Part shown: in pieces, positions 5,551 to 13,162 of the stretch | Position numbering within the stretch: the first letter of the stretch is position 1 | Layout: each line of letters begins with the position of its first letter | From: a virus | Lineage: Duplodnaviria > Heunggongvirae > Uroviricota > Caudoviricetes | DNA: 13,536 nt | Virus record (IMG/VR): IMGVR_UViG_2671180571_000005 | Location: 1 to 13,536 of that record | Reading direction: 5' to 3' (one strand) | Notes under the pieces: model-generated | The model's input: only the letters and a program-made list of their open reading frames with translations | The model's database searches: none | What the model was told of the DNA's origin: nothing | Position numbers and translations under genes: made by a program

Positions 5551-8500
5551 AGAAAGCGCCCTGCTCTTCGTAGCTGCATGAGCTATTCCCCGTAATGTAT
5601 TCACGTAACCGCCGCAGCTCATTGCTGGAAAGGTGATCCATGAACTCTGTGAGGTACAGGGATGCAAACGTCATAGCTATGCTGGCTGATGACCATGATG
5701 ACATAGTGGCCAACTCCTCACTGGAAAGCGCACTCATCGCCCAGGACTCAGGTACAGCCACTGGCAACACGGCCAAAGCCTCAGAAATTACTGAATGAGG
5801 GGCGTTTTGAACCTGCTCGTTTGTGGATCGCGTTTTATCATCCATATATATATTGAGATCCAAATCGCGATCCATTTCGATGGCTGTCTTCTCGGCTTTA
5901 CGCGTTTTTAGGGTTAGGCCATCTTTCTGACGCTGAACAAGAATATCCAGCATAAATGCCGCTGATTCAGGCTCAACAAAACGCAAGGTTGGACGCTTAT
6001 CGCCGTCTCTGCCGCGACGTTTACCTGTTTTAAGGCCAAGAGAGTCGCAAATGTTTTTAAACAACGCTTCCGGCACTTTAGGCTTCCCTTTTGGCGTCAT
6101 AAAACCACCAATGTGCAGAACGTTATTCAACAGGTCACGGCGTTCGGCTGTCATGAGGTTATCTCGAGCGAATTTGAGACGCTCCTGAGTCGCCTCGCCG
6201 GTCATAGTCTCAGGGTTGATACCGCAGTCGATAAAGTACTGCCGGAGAGTTGCTGATTTAAGCGCATAGAAACCGCGCGCCCCGACTTCAACAGTAGGAG
6301 TAGCTTTTACCTTGTGATCGATTATTCCAGGGAATTTAGTTTTAAAGACATCATCAGCCTGCTCGCGAGTCATCGCGGTCACTACAAAATATTGCCACTG
6401 TCCCGCCTGACGGTATGCGTAGGTAAAATTGATGGCTGCTTCTTCCCGGTCGTAACGACGAGCTGTTACCTCATCTAAAAGCATTGTTTCATAGCGGCGA
6501 ACTTTGTCTCGAGCACCATCGAAATAGAATTTCAGCGTGCCTTCTTCAACCGGTAGTTTCAGTTCGTTCTCAATATCCCAGCGGACAAGTTTTGCTTGTT
6601 CTTCAAGCGTCAGCGCGCGTTTTTTTAGCAGTTCTTCACGCTCTGATTCTTGTGGAGTTTCTGTATTGAGATGCAGATCCAGTGTCTGTTCCCACACAAT
6701 ATCCCGCGCTTCTTTACGCAGATCTTTACCGATATCATTCGCAGCATAATCGGTGGCCAGCGGCGATACCTTATAACCGTCGCTGTGCATGATGCAGATC
6801 ATGTTGCTGGCGTAGTCGTTACGCGCAGACGCTTCAATTGCGGCTGCTTTAATTTTCATCCTGGTAAAGTCGGTATTGGCCACCCCCATTGATATACGGT
6901 CGCCATCGAAAACGACATCCGTCAGTTCACCGTTCATGCCTGCGGTAGCAAGCAATGCCTGGGCGAATGCTCGTTCTATTTTTTGCGGGTCAGTTTCACG
7001 TTTTGCGCGAGCTTTATCAAAGCCGATAATAAATTCTTTTGCTGTACGGTCGCGGCGTAGCATTTGCACTGCGTCGCTGGGTACAACTTCACCACAGAAC
7101 ATGCCGAAATGACGGTCAAAATGTTTTTGCTCAATCGACACACCGGATGAAATAGACGGGCTATAAATCAGGCCGTCGTATTTTTTGACCATCTTTTTCG
7201 GTTGATTGGTAAATGCTTCAACTTCTGGCTCTGGTTTGTTTTTCTGGTTTACACACAGAAATTTCTTACCAGGAAAATGCATTCTCAGGGTGGCGGTCAC
7301 ATCTTCTGCAAAGGTGGAGCTGTCGGTGGCCAACATGATTTTTTCGCCATTCGATACAGCTTTCACCACCTCGGTCATAATGCGATCTTTTTCTGTATAA
7401 AAAACCCGGATTGGCTCACCTGTTTCGCGGTTGCGAACATCAACAGGTAATTCAATTACGTGGATCTGCAGCCATGCCGGTAAACCTAGTTCTTCACGGC
7501 GTTTCATAGCCAGTTCAGCCAGGTCAACCAGCAGATCGTTCGCATCAGCATCCACCATTATTGGGTGTTGTTCCGTTCTGGCCAGCGCGTCAATTAACGT
7601 ATTGAATACAGCCACCGGGTTTTCCATAGCCCGACCGGAAAGAACGGCACGTAGCCCTTGCGTGGCCTCGTCAAAGCCAAAATAGTCGTGCTGGCGCATC
7701 AATGGTTGCCAGCAGTTTTTAACAATCGAGTTTATGCAGATGGTCAGTTTACTGGCGTATGGAGCCATTTCCTGATAGCCAGGGTCCTGATAGTGCAGGA
7801 TATCGGCTTTTACACCTTTTCCTTCTGTCATCATTTCCCACAGGCCACCAATAAGGGAAACACGGTGAGCAACAGAGATACCACGTTCTGAGCTATGCAT
7901 TAAAGGTCGTAACAATCCAGTAGATTTGCCGGAACCCATACCAGCACGAACGATGACTATCCCCTGTAGTGATTGCACATACTTCAGGACGTCATCGGTC
8001 ATTACCGAAGTTTCAAAACGCTTATAGGTGATATGTTGAGGACGTTTATTGGGATCAGTTATTCGTTCGCTGAATGAGCGCGGAGCCTGGGCAATACGGC
8101 ACTTTTTATTCAGGCGACGGGCAATGTGGTCTTTTACCGTAGCGCGATAGATATTTTCCAGCCCAATTTCACGCAGGACGATGCAGAACATGTTAAATAA
8201 GTCTGACGGACTGTTAGGAACCGGACAGGTTAGCATGCCAATATCCACTGCTCTCAGCAGCTCTTTGGCAAAAGTACGACGGTTATCCCGCTTAATTGTC
8301 TTCAGGCGGTTGAGCGTCAGAGATAGCAAATCAGTGCCAGTTTTCAGGCGGTTTGCAGTTGCAAACAGTTGACGTGCTGTTTCACGAAGTCCACGTAGTT
8401 TGTGCAGGTCGTTGAAGTCACTGCACTCCATTTGCGGATCGTCTTCAAAAGTTGGATAGACGCAGCGGACATCGTTGAATTTCGATAAGATTTCATAGCC

Positions 8501-9538
8501 AGTCCGCAGGCCGGTATTCCCTTTTCCTTCTGTAGCTGATTTCCGGTCATTATCCAGTGCGCAGGTGATTTTTGCCGCCGGGTACATGTTTACCAGTTGT
8601 TCCACAACATGAACCATGTTGTTAGCGGATACAGCGACAACCACAGCGTCAAAGCGTTTATCTTTTTTCGTGGCAAGCCAGATGGATGCACCAGTAGCAA
8701 AACCTTCTGTAACAGCGATGTTTTGCGCCCCTTTCAGCTCACCGATAACAAAGCAGGCACCGACGAAATCGCCGCTGGTTACGGCACTGGTCTGGTATTT
8801 TCCACCTTGTTTGTCGATTCGCTGCCAACCAACAATACGACCATCGTAACGACCGTCCAGGTGAGCCAGAGGGATAGCCATATACGTGGTTGGCCCCCTG
8901 CTCCATTTTGCGCTGTCGTGACTGGTCACGCGACGCACATCACACGAATTAAAAACGTCACGAATACCTTTTTTAATCGCATATGGCCATGAGCCGTCTT
9001 CTGCAGGAGCATGTTCCCAAGCACTGTGGAATGCCAGCCATCCCAGCAAACGTTCATGGTCCATTTGGTTGTTTTTCAGGTCATTAATTCGTTTTTGTTC
9101 TTCACGGCGACGACGTGCTTCGGCCTGACGTTCTATTCTTGCCCGTTCTTCTTCCGGTTGTGCGACCACGGTCGCATTATTCCGTTGTTGCTCACGGCGA
9201 TATTCAGAAAACAGGAAGGAGAAACCGCTCCATGAGCCAGCATCGCTGCCTTTATGGACGAAGTTAATGAACGGGTAATCAATCCCTTTGCTGTGTTCCA
9301 GCCGGGAGTAAATTTCTACGCGTCCTTTGAGGCTCTTTTCGAGAGCTTCTGGGGATGTTTTATTGTATGAAGAGTAACGCTCAACACCCCCGCGAGGGTT
9401 GAGTTGGATGTTGTCGGAACAGGCAGACCAGTTGATACCAGCCATCTGTGCCAGCTCGGTTAGTTCATCCCGTGCTGCTTCAATTAGCGAGAACGGATCG
9501 CTGCCAAAGCGATCCGCATAGAAATCGTTTAATGTCAT
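5543..9538 (-). CDS. repA: Replication protein RepA (multidomain primase-helicase, N15 RepA / P4 alpha type)
   Basis: 1331-aa ORF. Primase-like EG(F/Y)ATG motif (VTEGFATGASIW) in the N-terminal half; Walker A GMGSGKST and Walker B-like FGFDEATQ in the central helicase region. Size and position (between telN/immA and cB) match N15 repA (about 1324 aa, as I recall). Confidence 0.85.
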   Translation of the reverse strand: MTLNDFYADRFGSDPFSLIEAARDELTELAQMAGINWSACSDNIQLNPRGGVERYSSYNKTSPEALEKSLKGRVEIYSRLEHSKGIDYPFINFVHKGSDAGSWSGFSFLFSEYRREQQRNNATVVAQPEEERARIERQAEARRRREEQKRINDLKNNQMDHERLLGWLAFHSAWEHAPAEDGSWPYAIKKGIRDVFNSCDVRRVTSHDSAKWSRGPTTYMAIPLAHLDGRYDGRIVGWQRIDKQGGKYQTSAVTSGDFVGACFVIGELKGAQNIAVTEGFATGASIWLATKKDKRFDAVVVAVSANNMVHVVEQLVNMYPAAKITCALDNDRKSATEGKGNTGLRTGYEILSKFNDVRCVYPTFEDDPQMECSDFNDLHKLRGLRETARQLFATANRLKTGTDLLSLTLNRLKTIKRDNRRTFAKELLRAVDIGMLTCPVPNSPSDLFNMFCIVLREIGLENIYRATVKDHIARRLNKKCRIAQAPRSFSERITDPNKRPQHITYKRFETSVMTDDVLKYVQSLQGIVIVRAGMGSGKSTGLLRPLMHSSERGISVAHRVSLIGGLWEMMTEGKGVKADILHYQDPGYQEMAPYASKLTICINSIVKNCWQPLMRQHDYFGFDEATQGLRAVLSGRAMENPVAVFNTLIDALARTEQHPIMVDADANDLLVDLAELAMKRREELGLPAWLQIHVIELPVDVRNRETGEPIRVFYTEKDRIMTEVVKAVSNGEKIMLATDSSTFAEDVTATLRMHFPGKKFLCVNQKNKPEPEVEAFTNQPKKMVKKYDGLIYSPSISSGVSIEQKHFDRHFGMFCGEVVPSDAVQMLRRDRTAKEFIIGFDKARAKRETDPQKIERAFAQALLATAGMNGELTDVVFDGDRISMGVANTDFTRMKIKAAAIEASARNDYASNMICIMHSDGYKVSPLATDYAANDIGKDLRKEARDIVWEQTLDLHLNTETPQESEREELLKKRALTLEEQAKLVRWDIENELKLPVEEGTLKFYFDGARDKVRRYETMLLDEVTARRYDREEAAINFTYAYRQAGQWQYFVVTAMTREQADDVFKTKFPGIIDHKVKATPTVEVGARGFYALKSATLRQYFIDCGINPETMTGEATQERLKFARDNLMTAERRDLLNNVLHIGGFMTPKGKPKVPEALFKNICDSLGLKTGKRRGRDGDKRPTLRFVEPESAAFMLDILVQRQKDGLTLKTRKAEKTAIEMDRDLDLNIYMDDKTRSTNEQVQNAPHSVISEALAVLPVAVPESWAMSALSSEELATMSSWSSASIAMTFASLYLTEFMDHLSSNELRRLREYITGNSSCSYEEQGAFYG
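5800..5910. other. Candidate intragenic replication origin near the 3' end of repA
   Basis: Three copies of GCGTTTT (5802, 5830, 5902), alternating AT run CATATATATATT (about 5843-5854) and three GATC sites within 47 bp (5826, 5857, 5869), about 300 bp from the repA stop. N15 ori is reported to lie inside the 3' part of repA (from memory). Confidence 0.3.
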
Positions 9539-9589
9539 TTTTTAGCCATTCCATGCGAATTATGTTTTTTCGGGTTGAAAAAATCCGCA

Positions 9590-9652
9590 GGAGCAGCCAC
9601 AATAAACGCATCTTGAATTGACGGAATCCGTCGCGTTATTGTGGCTGCTTCC
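9590..9652. repeat. Long imperfect inverted repeat in the repA upstream region
   Basis: Arm 1 ggagcagccacaataaacgc (9590-9609) and arm 2 gcgttattgtggctgcttcc (9633-9652); perfect 13-bp core gcagccacaataa / ttattgtggctgc; 23-bp spacer. Confidence 0.6.
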
Positions 9653-9660
9653 TGAAAAGG

Positions 9661-9689
9661 ACCCGAGTTTGCCGACTCGGGTTTTTTTT
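9661..9689 (+). terminator. Rho-independent terminator, strongest on + strand (opposite to repA and cB)
   Basis: acccgagt (9661-9668) / actcgggt (9675-9682), 6-nt loop, followed by T8 on the + strand. On the minus strand the tail is only CCUUUUUC, so it may also weakly terminate the cB transcript. Confidence 0.6.
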
Positions 9690-9783
9690 CGTCTTTTTTC
9701 TGCTGCTGTAACCTGAGTCAACCCACAGAACATATGCCCTGCATTAAACCAGATTTACAGCAAACAATAAACCCCGTATTAAG

Positions 9784-10380
9784 TCATCTACCCTCAACCA
9801 TGAATGATTTGATCGTTCCGACTATTTGGTGAACAAATTCAAGATCGCTTTTCCTGAAGATAGCGCGTTGTGAATTTGTTCCGTCCAGATAGTAATTTTC
9901 ATCATCAAAACGGGCCAGGCGCTGGATGGTGATATTTCCTGCAGTATCACGAACCAGAACATCCTCGCCGGGGACCAGTTCCAGCGCAGAATCGACCAGG
10001 AGAAAATCGCCAGGCTGATAGTTTCCCTGCGCCAGATTGCTGATAGTTAACGCATAAACAGTATTGCGCTGGCTGATGAATGGCAGGAATCGCTCAGTAT
10101 TTGGAACCTGTCCTGGCTTCCACTCTTCATCAGGTCCACTTTCAGTTGTGCCAATAACAGGAATGCGATCAGGGTCATATTCTGTCCCATACAGCACCCA
10201 ATGCACTGGCTTGCGTAAGCATTTAGCCAGGGCAATACCTATCTCCAGTGACGGCATTACGTCGCCACGTTCTAAGTTTTGGACGCCTGCAATAGAGATA
10301 TCGACAGCCTCAGCAACTTCTCGCAACGTCAGCTTCATCTCTAAACGGCGTGCTTTCAGTCGTTCGCCTCGTGTTTTCAT
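9784..10380 (-). CDS. cB: Prophage repressor, lambda CI-like (N15 CB-type): N-terminal HTH plus S24 peptidase-like C-terminal domain
   Basis: 198-aa ORF. N-terminal HTH (LTLREVAEAVDISIAGVQNLERG); C-terminal region PGDFLLVD...GEDVLVRD...ITIQRL resembles the LexA/CI S24 fold. Divergent from cro with operator-like palindromes between them. Confidence 0.8.
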   Translation of the reverse strand: MKTRGERLKARRLEMKLTLREVAEAVDISIAGVQNLERGDVMPSLEIGIALAKCLRKPVHWVLYGTEYDPDRIPVIGTTESGPDEEWKPGQVPNTERFLPFISQRNTVYALTISNLAQGNYQPGDFLLVDSALELVPGEDVLVRDTAGNITIQRLARFDDENYYLDGTNSQRAIFRKSDLEFVHQIVGTIKSFMVEGR

Positions 10381-10402
10381 AGCTTAATCATAAATGATCT
10401 TC

Positions 10403-10444
10403 TTATAGCTGGCTATAAAATTTATTTATTATAGCTGGCTTTAA
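10403..10444. promoter_or_regulatory. Two operator-like palindromes in the cB-cro divergent promoter region
   Basis: TTATAGC-TG-GCTATAA (10403-10418) and TTATAGC-TG-GCTTTAA (10429-10444), 26 bp centre to centre, in an AT-rich intergenic region containing TATAAT-like hexamers for both divergent genes. Confidence 0.5.
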
Positions 10445-10471
10445 TTGTTGTTTATTGTTTATAATAACAAC

Positions 10472-10693
10472 ATGAAACCAGAAGAACTTATTCGCCATTT
10501 TGGCAGTGTAGAAAAAGCAGCGGCAGGGGTAGGTGTAACACCCGGAGCTGTTTACCAATGGTTAACCGCTGGAGAGATTCCTTCATTGCGGCAAAGCGAT
10601 ATTGAAGTTCGTACTGCTTATAAGCTGAAGAGTGACTTTACAACTCGGCGGGTAAAGCAGTCGATTAAGGAGAGTCGTAAGCGTGGAGCTTGA
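10472..10693 (+). CDS. cro: Cro-like repressor (73 aa)
   Basis: Small HTH protein (GVGVTPGAVYQWLTAGEIP) divergent from the repressor gene. I use the ATG at 10472; the track's start at 10445 is a TTG inside the operator region. A TATAAT at 10460-10465 ends 7 bp before the ATG, so the mRNA may be leaderless. Confidence 0.65.
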   Translation: MKPEELIRHFGSVEKAAAGVGVTPGAVYQWLTAGEIPSLRQSDIEVRTAYKLKSDFTTRRVKQSIKESRKRGA

Positions 10694-11393
10694 GTATATA
10701 CGCAGCTGCGTCTCTACGGCATTGGCTGATGTTCATTATCGCCAGCGTGGCATTCTGGAGGTCCAGCTTGAGCAGATGCGTCTCGGTAGATCAGGACGGT
10801 TTAACAATAAACCAGTCCGGTCAATCAGTGTAGGGGATGATAACTCATACGAAGTGTCCGTTCCTGCTGAGCCGGTTAGATTCCACCAGGGGAAAACATT
10901 TAAACAATCATCAATGTTGCTCACTGATATTGATTTTCAGAGCGCCAGCTGGCGCAGGGCTATTGGTCAGTTGAATAACGAGGAATCAGCCTGGCTTTAT
11001 TATTGCTACGGATGCAAGCCTGATTACAACAATGATGTGATTGTTTGTCAGTGGTTATGGCTTGATTTTCTGGTTGCTCATTCGGGGGCCGGCTTTAAAA
11101 AAATGAAGGCCTCCACGAAAAAAGCCATGCGGAAATTGATTTATTACGCGGCACAGCAGGTTAAATCAGAACTTACGTGTGCTGAGGCAGTTGATGAGAG
11201 AGAACAGGACAGGCATCTGAGTTTTCTACTGAATATATCTATTGATAGCTGGAGACAAGATTATAAAGAACGCTGGCTTTTAATTAAGTCGCGATGTCTG
11301 AGCTTAAATCGAACTGCATTATTAAATGCGGCGGAGAAGCGCAGTGAAATCATCAAACGCCATCGGGCAGGAAGTGCCATTCTGCCTTTGTAA
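10683..11393 (+). CDS. Putative late-gene antiterminator Q-like protein (positional call)
   Basis: 236-aa ORF with GTG start and SD AAGGAG about 10 nt upstream, overlapping the cro stop. Sits where N15 has Q (cB-cro-Q) and is of similar size. I see no unambiguous Q zinc-finger motif, so the functional call is by synteny only. Confidence 0.4.
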   Translation: MELEYIRSCVSTALADVHYRQRGILEVQLEQMRLGRSGRFNNKPVRSISVGDDNSYEVSVPAEPVRFHQGKTFKQSSMLLTDIDFQSASWRRAIGQLNNEESAWLYYCYGCKPDYNNDVIVCQWLWLDFLVAHSGAGFKKMKASTKKAMRKLIYYAAQQVKSELTCAEAVDEREQDRHLSFLLNISIDSWRQDYKERWLLIKSRCLSLNRTALLNAAEKRSEIIKRHRAGSAILPL

Positions 11394-11646
11394 ACAAGTT
11401 ATGTTCAGGAAACCGTCGAAGCCAGAATTAAGATATTCAGGGGTAAGAAATGAATATGTTATCTGGTGTCCAACTTGTGGTTACAGGACACGACCAGATA
11501 GTAATAAGCAGTCTGTAATTGCCGATTGGTATTTATCAAATCAGCCAGGTAATAAGCATATAGAAAATCTTTGGATTAAGCGTTACTTGGAAATCAGAGA
11601 GGGTGCGACCGTGGTCGCACAAGAAAATGAAAATAACGCCATTTAA
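11326..11646 (+). CDS. Hypothetical small protein with CxC / CxxC cysteine pairs; start uncertain
   Basis: Track ORF of 106 aa overlapping the Q-like gene end. Alternative starts: GTG 11344 (SD GGAG 7 nt upstream) or ATG 11401 (no SD). Contains FCLC and CPTCG, a possible small zinc-binding motif. Confidence 0.4.
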   Translation: MRRRSAVKSSNAIGQEVPFCLCKQVMFRKPSKPELRYSGVRNEYVIWCPTCGYRTRPDSNKQSVIADWYLSNQPGNKHIENLWIKRYLEIREGATVVAQENENNAI

Positions 11647-11656
11647 GCAGGGGCCG

Positions 11657-11830
11657 ATGACGCATGATGAAGCAGAGCGTCTTTCAGATACTTATCGGCG
11701 GCGTGGTAAGAAAGTTCTGGTTGTTCGTTCTGATTTTTTAGGTGATGGATATTGCGTTTATGTTCATTTACCTGAATTAGAAAGAACGCCAAAACCATCC
11801 AGAACATATCAACAGAAAATTTGGGTATAG
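11657..11830 (+). CDS. Hypothetical small protein (57 aa)
   Basis: I use the ATG at 11657 (AGGGG 4 nt upstream, 10 nt after the previous stop) rather than the overlapping track start at 11603. No recognisable motif. Confidence 0.35.
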   Translation: MTHDEAERLSDTYRRRGKKVLVVRSDFLGDGYCVYVHLPELERTPKPSRTYQQKIWV

Positions 11831-11853
11831 ATAAACGTTGAGGAGAATTATTC

Positions 11854-12453
11854 GTGACTAATCAGATTATTTACGACAGGAAACGGTCTGATGTAATGAT
11901 TGACCTTGAAACAATGGGTACTAACACATGTGCTCCAATTGTTTCTATCGGGGCAGTGTTTTTTTCTCCAGAAAGTGAGGAATTAGGTCCTACTTTTTAT
12001 GTGCCAGTGAATCTCAGAAGCTCGATGTTGAATGGTGGTGTCGCCGATGGTGATACCATTTTATGGTGGTTGAAACAGAGCAAGGAAGCCAGAGCCGCAA
12101 TTTGTACTAATGATGCCCTTGATATTAAGGATGCACTTTTTGAATTATCACACTTTATTACTTGCCATGCATGTAATTTAAAAAAATTGAAAGTATGGGG
12201 AAATGGAGCAACTTTCGATAATGTAATTTTACGCGGTGCTTATGAGCGCGTTGGCTTAGTCTGTCCGTGGGAATGTTTTAATGATCAGGATGTTCGAACA
12301 ATCGTTAATCTTGGTCAGTTTATTGGTTTTAATCCTAAAAAAGATATGCCATTTGATGGCGAACGACACAATGCCCTGGCTGATGCTATTCATCAGGCTA
12401 AATATGTATCCGCAATTTTCTCCCGTCTTGTAAAAGGGCAAGGAGAATCGTAA
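11854..12453 (+). CDS. DEDDh-family 3'-5' exonuclease (DnaQ/RNase T-like fold)
   Basis: GTG start with SD AGGAG 8 nt upstream. Exo I motif MIDLETMG (D-x-E), Exo II motif GNGATFDNVIL, Exo III motif HNALADAIH (H-x4-D). Confidence 0.7.
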   Translation: MTNQIIYDRKRSDVMIDLETMGTNTCAPIVSIGAVFFSPESEELGPTFYVPVNLRSSMLNGGVADGDTILWWLKQSKEARAAICTNDALDIKDALFELSHFITCHACNLKKLKVWGNGATFDNVILRGAYERVGLVCPWECFNDQDVRTIVNLGQFIGFNPKKDMPFDGERHNALADAIHQAKYVSAIFSRLVKGQGES

Positions 12454-12872
12454 TGGCAAAGGCTTTTACACCAGAACAGAGAGAAGAACTGAATAAACAA
12501 ATTGTGGAACTCGTGCGCCTGAATGGACGAGGAACGGTTAGGCAACTTGCGGATGAAACTGGTATTAGCCGGTGTGCTGTTAGTCGTTTATCAAGAGAGC
12601 TTGCTGCCAGTGGTGATTTGTATATCTCTGGCTCCGGGATATTTCTGTCTGCACAAGCGCGCAAGGACTGGCAAAACGCCCGCAAAAAGCTATCAAGAGT
12701 AAAGCCGAAGAAATCGGTAGTGGTTGATCCAGACCTTATCTGGTCATTACCTGACGGAGAAATACGTCGTTACGACAGGCGCTTGAACATGATTTGTCAC
12801 GATTGCCGGAAGAGCGAAGTTATGCAGCGTGTGCTGGCGTTTTATCAGGGAAATTTTCAGGAGGTGGCGTAG
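12453..12872 (+). CDS. HTH DNA-binding protein (139 aa)
   Basis: ATG overlaps the exonuclease stop (TAATG); SD AAGGAG upstream. N-terminal helix-turn-helix-like segment TVRQLADETGISRCAVSRLSRELAASG; basic central region. Confidence 0.6.
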   Translation: MAKAFTPEQREELNKQIVELVRLNGRGTVRQLADETGISRCAVSRLSRELAASGDLYISGSGIFLSAQARKDWQNARKKLSRVKPKKSVVVDPDLIWSLPDGEIRRYDRRLNMICHDCRKSEVMQRVLAFYQGNFQEVA

Positions 12873-13162
12873 TGAATATCGACACGACAATAACGCTCGA
12901 TACGCTCCTAAATTCCGGCCTGGCACTTCTCGGTTGGCTTTACATCATGTCCCGTACATGGCGATGGCTGGGTTCCATTTTCCTGAAACAGTGGAAAAAA
13001 CGGCGCAAACAGGAACTACGCCAGAAGGCATTAGAAGCGTTCTATGACGCATTTGAACTTAGCAGCATTGAATCTGGCACAACAGCCAGGATAGCGACAA
13101 AAGGCGACCTGATGATAGTGATGTTCCGACAGGAGAGAGCAGAGAAAGGGGAATCAGCATGA
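12872..13162 (+). CDS. Small membrane protein (96 aa from GTG)
   Basis: Track ORF 12794..13162. I place the start at GTG 12872, which overlaps the upstream TAG (TAGTG) and has SD AGGAGG 7 nt upstream. One hydrophobic helix LLNSGLALLGWLYIM followed by a basic stretch KQWKKRRKQ. Confidence 0.45.
   Translation: MNIDTTITLDTLLNSGLALLGWLYIMSRTWRWLGSIFLKQWKKRRKQELRQKALEAFYDAFELSSIESGTTARIATKGDLMIVMFRQERAEKGESA

Noticed and set aside
6484-9235. About a dozen + strand ORFs of 61-131 aa, and one minus-strand ORF (8344..8550), nested within repA
   Set aside because: All lie inside the 1331-aa RepA gene, which has clear primase and helicase motifs; none has a convincing SD or motif.
9552-9620. 22-aa + strand micro-ORF (MRIMFFRVEKIRRSSHNKRILN) in the repA leader
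   Set aside because: No SD and it overlaps the inverted repeat; the region is better explained as regulatory RNA or DNA structure.
10445-10471. Track start of cro at TTG 10445 (82-aa version)
   Set aside because: The extension (LFIVYNNN) is encoded by the AT-rich operator/promoter sequence; the ATG at 10472 gives a typical Cro-sized protein.
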